A stretch of DNA of 32,000 nucleotides from Candidatus Bathyarchaeota archaeon (GTDB lineage Archaea; Thermoproteota; Bathyarchaeia; 40CM-2-53-6): contig CAVPLU010000012.1 in NCBI GenBank assembly GCA_963706285.1, positions 123,154-155,153 of the forward strand, read 5' to 3'. Shown here in pieces: positions 9,206-19,576 of this stretch. The notes beneath the pieces are model-generated. The model ran no database searches. It was not told the DNA's origin and was given only the letters and a program-made list of their open reading frames with translations. Position 1 is the first letter of the stretch. Each line of letters opens with the position of its first letter. The position numbers were made by a program, and so were the translations under genes.

Positions 9206-11305
9206 ATGGATTTGGGTGAATATCCGAAATACGCCATCGTCACACTTGCTGGTCTTCTCCTTTTCTTCTTGGGCGCTTCTCTGCCCTTCCAGCCTAACAC
9301 GGTGGCTCTTGTTTCGCTCTTCGCAATGGTCTTGTTGACCGTTGCCATGAGTTATGGGAATAGAAGTCCGTCGGGCGGCTTCTTCCTGGGAGTATTTGCT
9401 TCGATCACTTTCCTGCTTGGCTTCTTCGTCATGACTTGTGTTTGGGAATTGTACCAGCCTTTCTCCGTCACTCCGTCTCCATTGCAGCCTGGAGAACACC
9501 CCTACATAATTGGTCCAGTTGGATTCTCGGAGGGGAGCCTAGACCTCCTAACGCGGATACTGTCTTCTTACGGCACACAGATGCTCTCCGCGGTTTTCGC
9601 CTTTGCCTCAATCGGTCTCTTCTTCGGAACATTCGGGTACGTATCCAGTCACATATCCCTGCATGCCTCGACAACGCAACCTCGCATATTCAGAGATTAC
9701 TGGTCAAGTGTTCTCCAATTGGGAAAAAGCGAGAAAAGAGAGTTCGACTCATTCGACAGAAAGCTCAGCACCTGGAGCTTCAGAAAAAGGGAATGGTGGA
9801 AGAGGATTCTTGAGAGGATAACAGAACCGCAGGCTGATCTCATATTTGTCCCGCAGAAGAAAAAAACACCCGAGTTCGGCAAAGGAGATCTGTTCGACTT
9901 GTCGTCTGGCCGAATGATCGGTGATGGCCTCGCAGACCCGTCTGATCTGGCATCTAGATTCAGGCCCTCTGTCCTCAAAATTGCAGAACTGTCGTCTGAT
10001 CCGAAGGGCGTTAGAAGGGTTGCATTGGAGAATCTGTTAGCCAAGTTTCTGAAACGAGTTATGTTCTCTCGTGGAATCTGGGTTATCTATCTCCTGCTCT
10101 CCGCCGTTTTGATCTATGCAGTCAATTCTGCCTGGGCTTCCAAGTTGGCTGCGCAAGCCACACAACTTGCAGGATCATTTCGTTTAATCTCCGATGGGGG
10201 AGGCCGTGGCTCCTTCTATGATCTGATAGCGCTTAGCAATGGAACGAGCGCACAGGTCACAGTATATCCCGCAGCTGTGGCGTCGGCCCTTGTAGCGTCT
10301 GCGATGACGCTTTTCTTTGTGTGGCGCTGGCGCAAGGCTTCAAGGGAGCTCTTTGTCAGGCGCCCAGACGAGAGAGTTCTGATTTTCTTTGTGTACATAA
10401 TCCTCACGCTTCTCTACGGCTTCTACTATGAAGTTATGGTGAATCCTCCTGCGATTCCCGAGAATTGGATTGGATCTTGGTTTGTGTGGACTCGGTGGCT
10501 TGTGGCTCTGACTGTTCTGTTAGGGGTGGGGTACATTTGCATACATCGCGAATGCGAGGTTGTGAACATGTACTTCTATGATAACCGACCATCCACGCCG
10601 AGCCTCTCCAAAGTGGCACCCTTCAAAGAATCTGATGAGGAGCCCTTCTGGCTGAAAGAAGAAGGGGTCAAAGCGTACTGGGTTCTCCGGTTCATGTACT
10701 TCTGGCGATATGAACTCACAACCGTGCCACACTCCGACTGGGAGCGTGTCGAGGTTTGGATTGATGCGGAGAACGGAGCAGTAAGATGGGTAGTAAGCGA
10801 CTACCATTACAGAGAACTCTGGTACAAAGTGGAAGGTAATCTACCCTTGGTCTACGTGCGGTTCTTCATGAACTTCCACACGCCGATCCCGATCGTAGAC
10901 TCTGACGAGGCCGGACTCCTCTCTGGAATATTCGGCCAAGAGGCTGGGAGACTGGTAAGGATAGCTACAAGTGGGAAAGCATCGGAGGTCGTCGAACAGT
11001 TGCGCTCTTTTGAGGCCTCCGATGAGGCAAAGCAAGATGTGCACCCGGCAGGTTGGATTCAGAGTTACGGATTGCCGCGCATGGCAGCCGAGTTTTGCAG
11101 CAAATTAGACTGGACCTACTGGCGGTATCCACACGGCCTCGACAAGCCAGAAAGATACGTCGAAAGCCCGGCTGCTACGGTCGAGGATCAGCCAAAGATC
11201 CGTGTTGGACCTCGCGGACCGGCCCAACGTTTCTGTGTTCAGTGCGGTGGTGCACTGGCCTCAGGCGCCGGATTCTGCACAAACTGCGGAAAGAAGACTG
11301 CCTAG
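9206..11305 (+). CDS. large multi-pass membrane protein with C-terminal zinc ribbon, function unknown
   Basis: About 700 aa with at least 6 hydrophobic segments, soluble C-terminal region and FCVQCGGALASGAGFCTNCGKK. ATG at 9206 is the likely start. Confidence 0.8.
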   Translation: MDLGEYPKYAIVTLAGLLLFFLGASLPFQPNTVALVSLFAMVLLTVAMSYGNRSPSGGFFLGVFASITFLLGFFVMTCVWELYQPFSVTPSPLQPGEHPYIIGPVGFSEGSLDLLTRILSSYGTQMLSAVFAFASIGLFFGTFGYVSSHISLHASTTQPRIFRDYWSSVLQLGKSEKREFDSFDRKLSTWSFRKREWWKRILERITEPQADLIFVPQKKKTPEFGKGDLFDLSSGRMIGDGLADPSDLASRFRPSVLKIAELSSDPKGVRRVALENLLAKFLKRVMFSRGIWVIYLLLSAVLIYAVNSAWASKLAAQATQLAGSFRLISDGGGRGSFYDLIALSNGTSAQVTVYPAAVASALVASAMTLFFVWRWRKASRELFVRRPDERVLIFFVYIILTLLYGFYYEVMVNPPAIPENWIGSWFVWTRWLVALTVLLGVGYICIHRECEVVNMYFYDNRPSTPSLSKVAPFKESDEEPFWLKEEGVKAYWVLRFMYFWRYELTTVPHSDWERVEVWIDAENGAVRWVVSDYHYRELWYKVEGNLPLVYVRFFMNFHTPIPIVDSDEAGLLSGIFGQEAGRLVRIATSGKASEVVEQLRSFEASDEAKQDVHPAGWIQSYGLPRMAAEFCSKLDWTYWRYPHGLDKPERYVESPAATVEDQPKIRVGPRGPAQRFCVQCGGALASGAGFCTNCGKKTA

Positions 11306-11327
11306 AACGGGCTCCTGAATCTTACCG

Positions 11328-11768
11328 TCAGCTAAGAAATGTCAATATGGAGATTGCAGACCAGGCTAGTAGAAAGATAATCGGCAAGAACTGAGTAAGG
11401 TATGATGGGCTTGAAAACGGTTCTCGCGATGCGTGACTTTCAACTTGGGAATAGCATCGAAACGGATCCAGCTCCTCGTCAAGCCTTATGACCTGTTCCC
11501 TCCACAACTGAATCCACTTGATCGAGCTTCGCAGTACCAGCAACCAAAAGACGGCCGTGAATGCACCCAGTATGGGAATGACTCTCAGGACAGCAATGCC
11601 TCCCTTCAAACTGGGAAACGATACGGCAAAGGCTGAAAGAAGACCGGCATGAGCCAACAGGAAAAAGTTGGCTCTAATCCAGTACTGCGCTGTATCTTGC
11701 TTCAGATGGTCGGTCACAACTTTGAAGATCTCAATGTCACGCTTGAGGTTCTTCCGCCGCGTTGGCAT
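11328..11768 (-). CDS. small two-TM membrane protein, possibly RipA-like
   Basis: MPTRRKNLKRDIEIFKVVTDHLKQDTAQYWIRANFFLLAHAGLLSAF... then a second TM and charged region; ORF extends to 11834 but the internal Met looks like the better start. Confidence 0.65.
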   Translation of the reverse strand: MPTRRKNLKRDIEIFKVVTDHLKQDTAQYWIRANFFLLAHAGLLSAFAVSFPSLKGGIAVLRVIPILGAFTAVFWLLVLRSSIKWIQLWREQVIRLDEELDPFRCYSQVESHASREPFSSPSYLTQFLPIIFLLAWSAISILTFLS

Positions 11769-12047
11769 GATTTGTCCCAGTTTCTGCAGATGCTCATAAG
11801 CAATTGAGCTTTGTGCAACCCTACGGATTCGCAATCCAGACTTCCCTGGAGAGAGCCATATCTATCCGAATGTTCTGGGAGCAACCACATCACCTGCGGA
11901 AACATGGCACAATTGAAGCGGTCCAAACAATCCCAAAACGTGGAGAATTCTGACGACCGCGGATTGGGAGCAGCTGCTTAGAAGAAAAATAGAATCTCAT
12001 CAACTGCGCGGGTAGGGTGGCACTCGCAGAACCAGCTTAAACGTCAC

Positions 12048-12195
12048 TCAAGGCTCCAAGGCTAGTAATGCGGCGCCAAGAGCTCCGGTGAGTTGTGGAT
12101 TGTCGGGCAACCAGAGCTCGGTGCCAAGCTGCTTAGACAAGTAGTATCTGAAGGCGGGATTCAAGGCCACGCCTCCAGCACATGGACGATGAGGG
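12048..12195 (-). pseudogene. C-terminal remnant of a BadF/BadG/HgdC-type ATPase (2-hydroxyacyl-CoA dehydratase activator family)
   Basis: Reverse-strand translation PHRPCAGGVALNPAFRYYLSKQLGTELWLPDNPQLTGALGAALLALEP*, matching the family's GGVAxN...VPxxPQLxGALGAAL ending; upstream portion not recognisable. Confidence 0.65.
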
Positions 12196-12391
12196 CTTTT
12201 TCATGTTGATCTCAGACGAGAACATATGATGAACTAGGCGGTCTGTAAAGCGTGGTCCGCGCGTCAATCGAGGCTGACTTCATGAACCTCGCGAAAGTGA
12301 GAAATGGTCGCCGCACTCATTGTCGTTCCGCGAGCCAGGCCGAACCTAGCTACACTGAATTCGTCAAGGCCATCATCAATCAACAGACGGA

Positions 12392-12564
12392 CCGGGTCAA
12401 GGTGCAACTCCTGAGGAGTTCATTAAGTTGGCGAGGGGAATGATGGTGGGATACAAGAGACCAAAGGAAGTCGAATTTAGAGATTCGTTACCAATAGCAC
12501 AGGTCGGAAAGTACTGCATCGAGTGCTCAGAGAAGAGGAACTCAAGAAAAGGACAGCCAAGTGA
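12392..12564 (+). pseudogene. C-terminal remnant of an AMP-forming acyl-CoA synthetase
   Basis: PGQGATPEEFIKLARGMMVGYKRPKEVEFRDSLPIAQVGK then, after a one-base shift, LHRVLREEELKKRTAK*; matches the A10 motif (xxGKxLRRxLR) of AMP-binding enzymes. Confidence 0.65.
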
Positions 12565-12806
12565 TAGCACAAAAGAGAACGACCTGCTGAATATTCCCAG
12601 CCATCGTCGCCTGTGTGCTCGCTTAGGTGGTCGTCTCCTCTCTAGTAGAGATAGGTCACAAACGAAATTCTGATTCGTCTACAGAAATCAGCGCCAGATT
12701 ATTCACGGAAATCCAGATCGTTCTGGAAGGCGTTTCGGTTTACGAATAGAATCCATCGCTCGTCACGGGCTGGAGTCTTACTCGTAATTCAATTCATATA
12801 TCAGCG

Positions 12807-13383
12807 ATGACTAAAGGGCTTCAACTGACTCTACCAAGGTGTAATGTCGTGTTCGCGGATTTTGCGCTGTCGTTGCCGCCTCTCTGGTTTGATCCAGCCG
12901 TGTTCCTGATTAACCTGGCTTGGGTTCTCATACGCAGCTCCATCACGTTCATAATGTGTTTCTTTCTTGGGCTGGCGGGACTCAAGATTCTCGATAGGCT
13001 TACTCCTGGCATTACGGAAATGCACAACATCAAACGCACACCTTTGTCGATGGCTGCTTTTCGCACTAGGGATGTTCATATTTCTCTCGCTAACATTCGT
13101 CGGCTCCGTCACCGCGCCACTCCCTATCGGAGTCTCATCAGGTCTTGGTGCAACCGTCGGGCCCTTTCTTGTTCTGGGTTATAGACTCGTTGCGCTACTT
13201 GCAGGCTTCATGATCGCAATGGTCTTCGCAGGCATCTTCTACAGGATGCTTTCCAAAGCGGGACCATTTGGAGTAGATCTCGATGATGTGAACAAGGACC
13301 CAGTGGCCACAGGCATCTACGTTGTGGGGTATCTGATATTCTTGGGCGCGATTCTGTACGCCGCTTTGCTCATACCTGTCTAG
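12807..13383 (+). CDS. DUF350-like membrane protein, interrupted by a frameshift at a T4 tract (13058-13061)
   Basis: GLKILDRLTPGITEMHNIKRTPLSMAAF + ALGMFIFLSLTFVG..., second similar unit FYRMLSKAGPFGVDLDDVNKDPVATGIYVVGYLIFLGAILYAALLIPV. Confidence 0.6.
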
Positions 13384-13552
13384 GACATGAAGAGCCGACA
13401 TCGCATGAAATTCATGCCGGGTCCCATTACGAATTGCCTCAGTTGTCTTTCTTTGCTTAGTATTCATTTCCCCTCTCATCACCGGAGGCACGGCGTGGAG
13501 TGCAGCCAGGTCCTCGACACATGCATCTGAGGTCACAAATGATTCGAAGCTC

Positions 13553-15085
13553 ATGTCGATAACTCCATGGAAGCCGAGGCCAGTTCTGGGACCCCAGGAC
13601 ACCATCGTTCTCCTTGTGCAATTCCAGGACGTCAGGTTTCGGAGTTCGATCACAGATATTCATTCCCTGGTTGATCATGTTGACAAGTGGTTCAGAAGAT
13701 CATCCTATGACAAAATGTACATCAACTACTCGATCTATGAGCATGTCCTCACGCTTTCCGACAGGATGTCCTCATACGGTGCGCCTAAAGCAGGGGACCA
13801 GCGAGGAGATGATTCCACTAGAAGTGAGAGGTATGTGAGCGACACACTCAACCTAGTCATGTCCCAGGAGAACTTGAATCTGGAAGACTACAAGCATGTT
13901 GTGCTAGTTCATGCTGGCGGCGATGAAGCAGATACCGGCAACCCAAATGAGATTTGGAGTCACTGTGACTGCGTGGGACCGATTGCCGATGAGGACCCCA
14001 GCAATGAAGCACCCTGGGTGCTCTCTGATTCTGGAAGGATAACTCACGCATTCTGGGGTATTTCGACTTTCAGTGAAGACGAGCCGTGGGCGGTCTTCGT
14101 GCACGAGTTCACGCATAGTCTGGGCGTGTCGGACCTCTATGTGTACGGTTCCGACGGATACTCGGAGAGTCCGGGAATTGGATTCTGGTCAAACATGGCA
14201 ACAGGTGCTTTCTTGGACCCGCCTTCTGATATTGACGGATGGAGCAAATACATCCTAGGCTGGATCGATGCCGTCACGATCGGTTCGCCTCAGGGCGAAT
14301 ACACGATTCACACGCTTGACTCAGTCCAAGACCCCAAGGCACTGCTAATAGAGATCAAGGGCAACGAGGACGAATACTATTTCGTTCATGCACGTCGGAG
14401 GGCGGAAACAGATGCTGCCTTGCCGAGCGAAGGAGTCCTTGTCTTTAGGGTGAATCGTTGGCGTGATGTAAGTCTCGCAGGCGAGGAGTTGGCTGTCCTC
14501 TACGACGCAAACCCTGACACACCCCGAGAATGCAATAACTACGAAGGCGATGGACGTGAACTCTGCAAGTTGCTGGACGCTCCCTACAACGTAATGGGGA
14601 AGCAGTATCAATTCAGCTACTATGACTTGTCAGCCAACCTTCTTCTGAACGATAACGGTTTCTGGGACGAGAATGCCCGAATTGCGTTCAAGGTTGAGGC
14701 CTCTGGAGACGAGGCGTTCAAGATCACGTTAGGCGGCTCGCCCGATGAAGTGGGCATAACAGTAACAACGACTAGCACAACAGGAACAACTGAAGGAGGA
14801 ACGCAGGGTTGCATCATAGCAACCGCGGCTTATGGTTCAGAGATGGCATCCGAAGTTGTCTACATGCGCTTCGTCCGTGACAAGCTGATAGGTTCGACAA
14901 GTGTGGGCAGCACGCTTGTCGGGGGCTTCAATGCATTCTACTACTCATGGAGTCCTCCAATAGCCAAAGCGATTGCTCCGAATTTCATTTTGCGAGCAAT
15001 CTTCCGAGTCCTCTTGGTACCTCTTGTATGGATAGTACACGTTACAGCTGGGATTGTACACTGCGGTGGTGCAAATATCCGGTAG
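13553..15085 (+). CDS. M6-family secreted metalloprotease with C-terminal CIIATAAYGSE domain
   Basis: HEFTHSLGVSDLY zinc motif, FWSNMATG, VLLVQFQDV; C-terminal GCIIATAAYGSEMASEVVYMRFVRDK...FYYSWSPPIAKAI. Both ends appear frameshifted: signal-like RIASVVFLCLVFISPLITGGTAWSAA lies just upstream and MVAFLLAAFMSVMCYVALPIFATKK just downstream. Confidence 0.85.
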   Translation: MSITPWKPRPVLGPQDTIVLLVQFQDVRFRSSITDIHSLVDHVDKWFRRSSYDKMYINYSIYEHVLTLSDRMSSYGAPKAGDQRGDDSTRSERYVSDTLNLVMSQENLNLEDYKHVVLVHAGGDEADTGNPNEIWSHCDCVGPIADEDPSNEAPWVLSDSGRITHAFWGISTFSEDEPWAVFVHEFTHSLGVSDLYVYGSDGYSESPGIGFWSNMATGAFLDPPSDIDGWSKYILGWIDAVTIGSPQGEYTIHTLDSVQDPKALLIEIKGNEDEYYFVHARRRAETDAALPSEGVLVFRVNRWRDVSLAGEELAVLYDANPDTPRECNNYEGDGRELCKLLDAPYNVMGKQYQFSYYDLSANLLLNDNGFWDENARIAFKVEASGDEAFKITLGGSPDEVGITVTTTSTTGTTEGGTQGCIIATAAYGSEMASEVVYMRFVRDKLIGSTSVGSTLVGGFNAFYYSWSPPIAKAIAPNFILRAIFRVLLVPLVWIVHVTAGIVHCGGANIR

Positions 15086-15418
15086 CGCAGACATCGCGTC
15101 TATGGTAGCGTTTCTGCTTGCAGCGTTCATGTCCGTGATGTGTTACGTCGCTTTGCCAATCTTTGCCACAAAGAAATTCTTGGATTCAATGAGGATGCGC
15201 CGTCTGAATCTACGACACTGATAGTGTCCAGACCATCCAAATCCGGTGCCTGTTGCGGACCTTTCCTCCGCAAATTTCGCGACTTGGCTGCTCGAATAGG
15301 CTCTGCAACTTCACCATATTCGCAAGTTGACTGTTCACAGCATTGTGGCGCTCAGATTCGATTTCTCCAGCCCTGCATTATTCGCCAGTAGATAGAGGAA
15401 CTCCATCCCGACAAACGG

Positions 15419-16657
15419 CTAGTAGACTTTCTCTTCGGTCCGTTGCGCTTCCGGAGCATCTGCTTCAGTCTCCCGCACTTGCGATTTCGTCGCAAGAAGT
15501 TCGCGGTAGTACTCGTGTTGTATTATGAGATCCATGACTTCATTCGTTCCAGTCCAGATCATGATCAGCCTCGTGTCTCGCAGGAGACGCTCGATTGGGT
15601 AGACGTTGGTGTAGCCTATGCCGCCCATAATTTGCATGGCATGGTTGATCACCTGCCAAGCTGCATCAGTCGAGAATTTCTTTGCTTCGGAAACCAAACG
15701 TCGGCAGCGGCCTGGATCATCGTTCGCGTCTACGCAGCTGGCAGCAGCATGCACAAGTCCTCGTGCAGCATCAAGCAAGGTAACAGAATCAGCCACTTTG
15801 AAACTGACTGCTTGGAACCTGCGTATGTTCTCGCCGAATGCCTTGCGTTTGTCTGAATATCGTGCCGCAACTTCGAGCCCGGCGCGCCCCATTCCGATGG
15901 CTCCGGCGGCGCTGGTCATCCGCTCCGGAATCATCATACGGTAGAAGATGTCGCTCGCACAGTTCTCCTTGCCAACGAGGTTCTGGGCGGGCACTTCGAC
16001 GTCGCGTAAGACTAGACGTCCAGTTCCGCCACCTCTGGTTCCCAGCAACCCGTAGAGGTATTCTGCGTCGACCCCCGTTCCTCGCTCGACAATGAACGCA
16101 CTGATTGACTGGTGTGGTGGACCGTCAGGCTTGGTTCGGGCGTAAACTAGGAAAAAGTCGGATTTCGCTGCCCCCACAATGAAACGTTTCTCACCGCGTA
16201 AAACGTAGTAGTCGCCTTTTCGTCGGGCCTCGGTCGTTGTTCCGAAAAAGTCTGAACCGCCTCGTGGTTCAGTCAAAGCTTCAGCGGCAACCCTCTCACC
16301 AGCTACCAGCGGCGTAAGCCAGTGTTCCTTCTGTTCGTCAGTTCCGAATGCGTTAAGCGCCTCACCGACGATGCTTGGCATCACATAGGCGCAGGCAAGT
16401 GATGTACCAAGGACGCCGACTTCTTCTATTGCAACAATCTCGTCCTTCCACCCGAGTCCTCGGCCGCCGTACTTTGAGGGGAAACGTAAACCCAAAAGTC
16501 CTCGCCGTCCGGCTTCTCGAACATAGTCGCGCGGGTATTGTATTCGGTCAGCATCCATGTCTAGGATCAGCTGACGAGGCACAGACCGGACGAACTCTCG
16601 GACCTCATCCCGTAACTTCCGCTGATCCGCGGTCAATATTGGCTCAAACATGATCAC
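15419..16657 (-). CDS. acyl-CoA dehydrogenase
   Basis: [63 protein letters not shown]. Confidence 0.9.
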   Translation of the reverse strand: MIMFEPILTADQRKLRDEVREFVRSVPRQLILDMDADRIQYPRDYVREAGRRGLLGLRFPSKYGGRGLGWKDEIVAIEEVGVLGTSLACAYVMPSIVGEALNAFGTDEQKEHWLTPLVAGERVAAEALTEPRGGSDFFGTTTEARRKGDYYVLRGEKRFIVGAAKSDFFLVYARTKPDGPPHQSISAFIVERGTGVDAEYLYGLLGTRGGGTGRLVLRDVEVPAQNLVGKENCASDIFYRMMIPERMTSAAGAIGMGRAGLEVAARYSDKRKAFGENIRRFQAVSFKVADSVTLLDAARGLVHAAASCVDANDDPGRCRRLVSEAKKFSTDAAWQVINHAMQIMGGIGYTNVYPIERLLRDTRLIMIWTGTNEVMDLIIQHEYYRELLATKSQVRETEADAPEAQRTEEKVY

Positions 16658-16868
16658 CCATTTGCAGCTGAATCATATTTGTAGTAGTATCCAAGTCGGA
16701 GAGAACGATACGAGTGTGTACGAAGTAAAACCACAGCTGCAGCTAATGGTAACGATACTACAACCTTACCAAGCTTAGCGTGCCGCACTTTCAATGAGTT
16801 CGGGATGCATGAAAGATCTAGCAGGGGGAGGAGACTGACTCGAGGCTTGAGATGCCTCTTAGCAGCAA

Positions 16869-16897
16869 CTCCTGGCAAATCTGTAGACTGCTAGGAG
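16869..16897 (+). promoter_or_regulatory. 8-bp hairpin in the 5' region of ahcY
   Basis: CTCCTGGC (16869-16876) / GCTAGGAG (16890-16897), one G-T pair, 13-nt loop. No known riboswitch class recognised. Confidence 0.3.
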
Positions 16898-16975
16898 CTG
16901 TGAAGGAGCCCTGTAAGAGTGAAGGATAAAGACTCTTCCAAGACTTAAGAAGGGAATCCTAGGATACGTGAAACC

Positions 16976-18229
16976 ATGCCCTCGAAAGTAAAGGATCCAT
17001 CTCTTTCGCAACAAGGAATGCTCAAAATAGAATGGGCAGAATCTCGTATGCCTGTCCTTATGGCTTTGAGAAAGAAAGCATTGAGAAATCGACCGTTGAA
17101 AGGTATGAGAATCGGCGGTTGCCTTCACGTTACGAAAGAGACGGCAGTTCTGGTAAGAGCTATCCGAGATGCAGGCGCAGAGGCGGCTTGGTGTGGCTGT
17201 AACCCGCTTTCGACCCAAGATGATGTCGCTGCCGCATTGGCGAAGGAAGGCGTGTCCGTGTTCGCTTGGCGAGGATTGTCCACACCTGAGTACTACTGGT
17301 GCGTCAACCAAGTGCTTGACTGCAAACCTCAGCTCACGCTTGACGACGGAGCCGATTTGGTCTTCACGATTCATCAAGAACGAGCCGATCAGATAAGCGG
17401 AGTAATCGGGGGAACTGAAGAAACCACAACGGGCGTTCATCGCCTCCGCGCCATGGCAGATCAAGGCAATCTGAAATATCCGATTATGGCAGTGAACGAC
17501 GCCAAAGTCAAGTCTGATTTCGACAACGTCTATGGAACGGGCCAGTCTTCTCTGGACGGAATCCTGAGAGCTACAAACGTGCTCCTGAGCGGTAAGAGTT
17601 TCGTGGTCGCAGGATACGGACACTGCGGACGAGGTCTGGCAACCAGAGCAAAGGGGATGGGATCCAATGTCATCGTCTGCGAGGTCGATCCTTTGAATGC
17701 TCTCAAGGCAGCAATGGATGGCTTTCGGGTCATGCCGATGGCCGAAGCTGCCGCTGTGGGAGACATTTTCGTCACAGCAACCGGCTGCAAAGATGTCATC
17801 ACCGAGAAACAGATGAAACGCATGAAAGACGGATCCATTCTCTGTAACACAGGTCACTTCAATGTTGAGATCGCAGTGAAAGACCTTGAACGTTTGGCAA
17901 AGAAGAAGCGGGAAATCAGACCAAACAACGTAGAGTACACGTTGCGAGATGGTCGCAGGATCTATCTTCTTGCCGACGGAAGGCTTGTCAATCTAGGTGC
18001 AGCGGAAGGGCATCCTTCGGAGGTAATGGACATGAGCTTCGCTACCCAGTTCATGTCGCTGATCTACTTAGCTGAGAAAGGTAGAGACCTTCAACCCGGG
18101 GTGTATCCGGTTCCGGAAGAACATGAACGAGAGATCGCAAGGACAAAGCTTGCAACTATGGGAATGAAGATAGACACTTTGACAGGCGACCAAGATCGTT
18201 ACTTGCATGACTACCGCGAAGGCACTTAG
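16976..18229 (+). CDS. ahcY: adenosylhomocysteinase
   Basis: 417 aa; CLHVTKETAVLVRAIRDAGAEAAWCGCNPLSTQDDVAAAL, VVAGYGHCGRGLATRAKGMG NAD motif, ending YLHDYREGT. Confidence 0.95.
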   Translation: MPSKVKDPSLSQQGMLKIEWAESRMPVLMALRKKALRNRPLKGMRIGGCLHVTKETAVLVRAIRDAGAEAAWCGCNPLSTQDDVAAALAKEGVSVFAWRGLSTPEYYWCVNQVLDCKPQLTLDDGADLVFTIHQERADQISGVIGGTEETTTGVHRLRAMADQGNLKYPIMAVNDAKVKSDFDNVYGTGQSSLDGILRATNVLLSGKSFVVAGYGHCGRGLATRAKGMGSNVIVCEVDPLNALKAAMDGFRVMPMAEAAAVGDIFVTATGCKDVITEKQMKRMKDGSILCNTGHFNVEIAVKDLERLAKKKREIRPNNVEYTLRDGRRIYLLADGRLVNLGAAEGHPSEVMDMSFATQFMSLIYLAEKGRDLQPGVYPVPEEHEREIARTKLATMGMKIDTLTGDQDRYLHDYREGT

Positions 18230-18243
18230 CTGGAACCCGAAAC

Positions 18244-19212
18244 CTATAGCGTGACTTTGACTCTGCCCTCTTCAGATTCTCTAACGAGAACCAGCGAGAC
18301 GCTATCGCCGGCTTTTCGCGTTCTTATCTCTTTCTGAAGATCTTCCATAGAAGTCACCTCTTTGTCACCAATTGCGACTATTACATCGCCTGAGCGCAAT
18401 TGTGCGCGTTCTGCTGGGCTTTCTGGGATGATTTGCATCACGATCACTCCAGAATCAGCTGCCAAATTGAACCTTCGTGCGACTTCTCGGGAAACGTCGA
18501 GCCCAATGACTCCTAACCAAGGTCGGGTGACCCGACCATATTTCACAATATCTTCTAGCACCGCTTTTGCTGTATTGACCGGAATTGCGAACCCTATGCC
18601 TTGAGCTCCGGGGATGTGAGCGGTGTTGATTCCAATCACTTTGCCTGCCAAGTTGAGCAATGGGCCGCCGCTATTGCCGGGGTTGATTGATGCGTCTGTC
18701 TGAATCAAGTTCTCGTACACTCTTTCTGCTAGAATATGGCGGTTCAGAGCGCTGACAACGCCGACTGTGACCGAGGGACCGCCGACCAGTCCAAACGGGT
18801 TCCCGATAGCGATCACTGTTTGTCCTACTCGCAGTTCACTTGAATCTCCCAGCTCGGCGAGAGGCAAATCGCGTGCATTGATTCTCACAACGGAAAGATC
18901 GTTGGCGGGATCTGAGCCTACCAGTTTTCCCTCGAACGCTCTGCCGTCTGTCAAAGCGACCTCGATCTCACCTGAACCAATAGTGATGTGATGATTAGTC
19001 AGTATGTGTCCTTGATCGTCAATTATGAATCCTGAACCGAGCCCGCGAGCCGGATGCACATGGAGGAACGCGTCCCTTTCAAAGCGAATAGTATTGATGT
19101 TGACCACGCTTGTCTCAACTTTTGCTATCGCTGCGATAACATCGTCATCGTTTGGCACTAGCCATTCCTCGCTCAGCACATAGGGCGTCTGCTGAAAAAG
19201 GTGCCGAGACAC
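18244..19212 (-). CDS. HtrA/Deg-like serine protease with PDZ domain, no obvious signal peptide
   Basis: Catalytic triad ILTNHH, NDLSVVRI, INPGNSGGPLL; C-terminal PDZ IIPESPAERAQLRSGDVIVAIGDKEV. Confidence 0.93.
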   Translation of the reverse strand: MSRHLFQQTPYVLSEEWLVPNDDDVIAAIAKVETSVVNINTIRFERDAFLHVHPARGLGSGFIIDDQGHILTNHHITIGSGEIEVALTDGRAFEGKLVGSDPANDLSVVRINARDLPLAELGDSSELRVGQTVIAIGNPFGLVGGPSVTVGVVSALNRHILAERVYENLIQTDASINPGNSGGPLLNLAGKVIGINTAHIPGAQGIGFAIPVNTAKAVLEDIVKYGRVTRPWLGVIGLDVSREVARRFNLAADSGVIVMQIIPESPAERAQLRSGDVIVAIGDKEVTSMEDLQKEIRTRKAGDSVSLVLVRESEEGRVKVTL

Positions 19213-19444
19213 TATCAGATCGGATCAGTCATGCTCAATTCTCATGCTCTTGCCCGAATAATATTGTCTTCACGATTTTCAGAACGAATACGCGCTTTTT
19301 GGGCGCACAGTGTTACCGATTCACGGCATCATTGACCTTTTAGGCCTATAAGTGCCTCTAAATCTGAATTAGATGCTATTTTACGAGCTAATGAGCTGCT
19401 ACGAGGGCCTCAACTTCAGGGCTATATCGTCCTTTTGGAGAATA

Positions 19445-19452
19445 TTTATATC
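19445..19452 (+). promoter_or_regulatory. possible archaeal TATA box TTTATATC upstream of tfb
   Basis: TTTATATC about 125 nt before the likely ATG; would imply a long leader. Confidence 0.3.
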
Positions 19453-19576
19453 AGACGATTATGACGCTAATATGCCTTCCGACCAAATGGCCGCCTTCCG
19501 TTCCCGAAAGCGTTGTGGAGGTTCGTTTTGGCGACAGATGGTGCAGGCACGTCATAGTATGAAGAGTGGAGAAGAA

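Noticed and set aside
12219-12263. Possible C/D box sRNA start (ATGATGA)
   Set aside because: No correctly spaced D' and D boxes (CTGA) to complete the motif.
16859-17857. 332-aa minus-strand ORF
   Set aside because: Fully antisense to ahcY; low-complexity shadow ORF with no recognisable family features.
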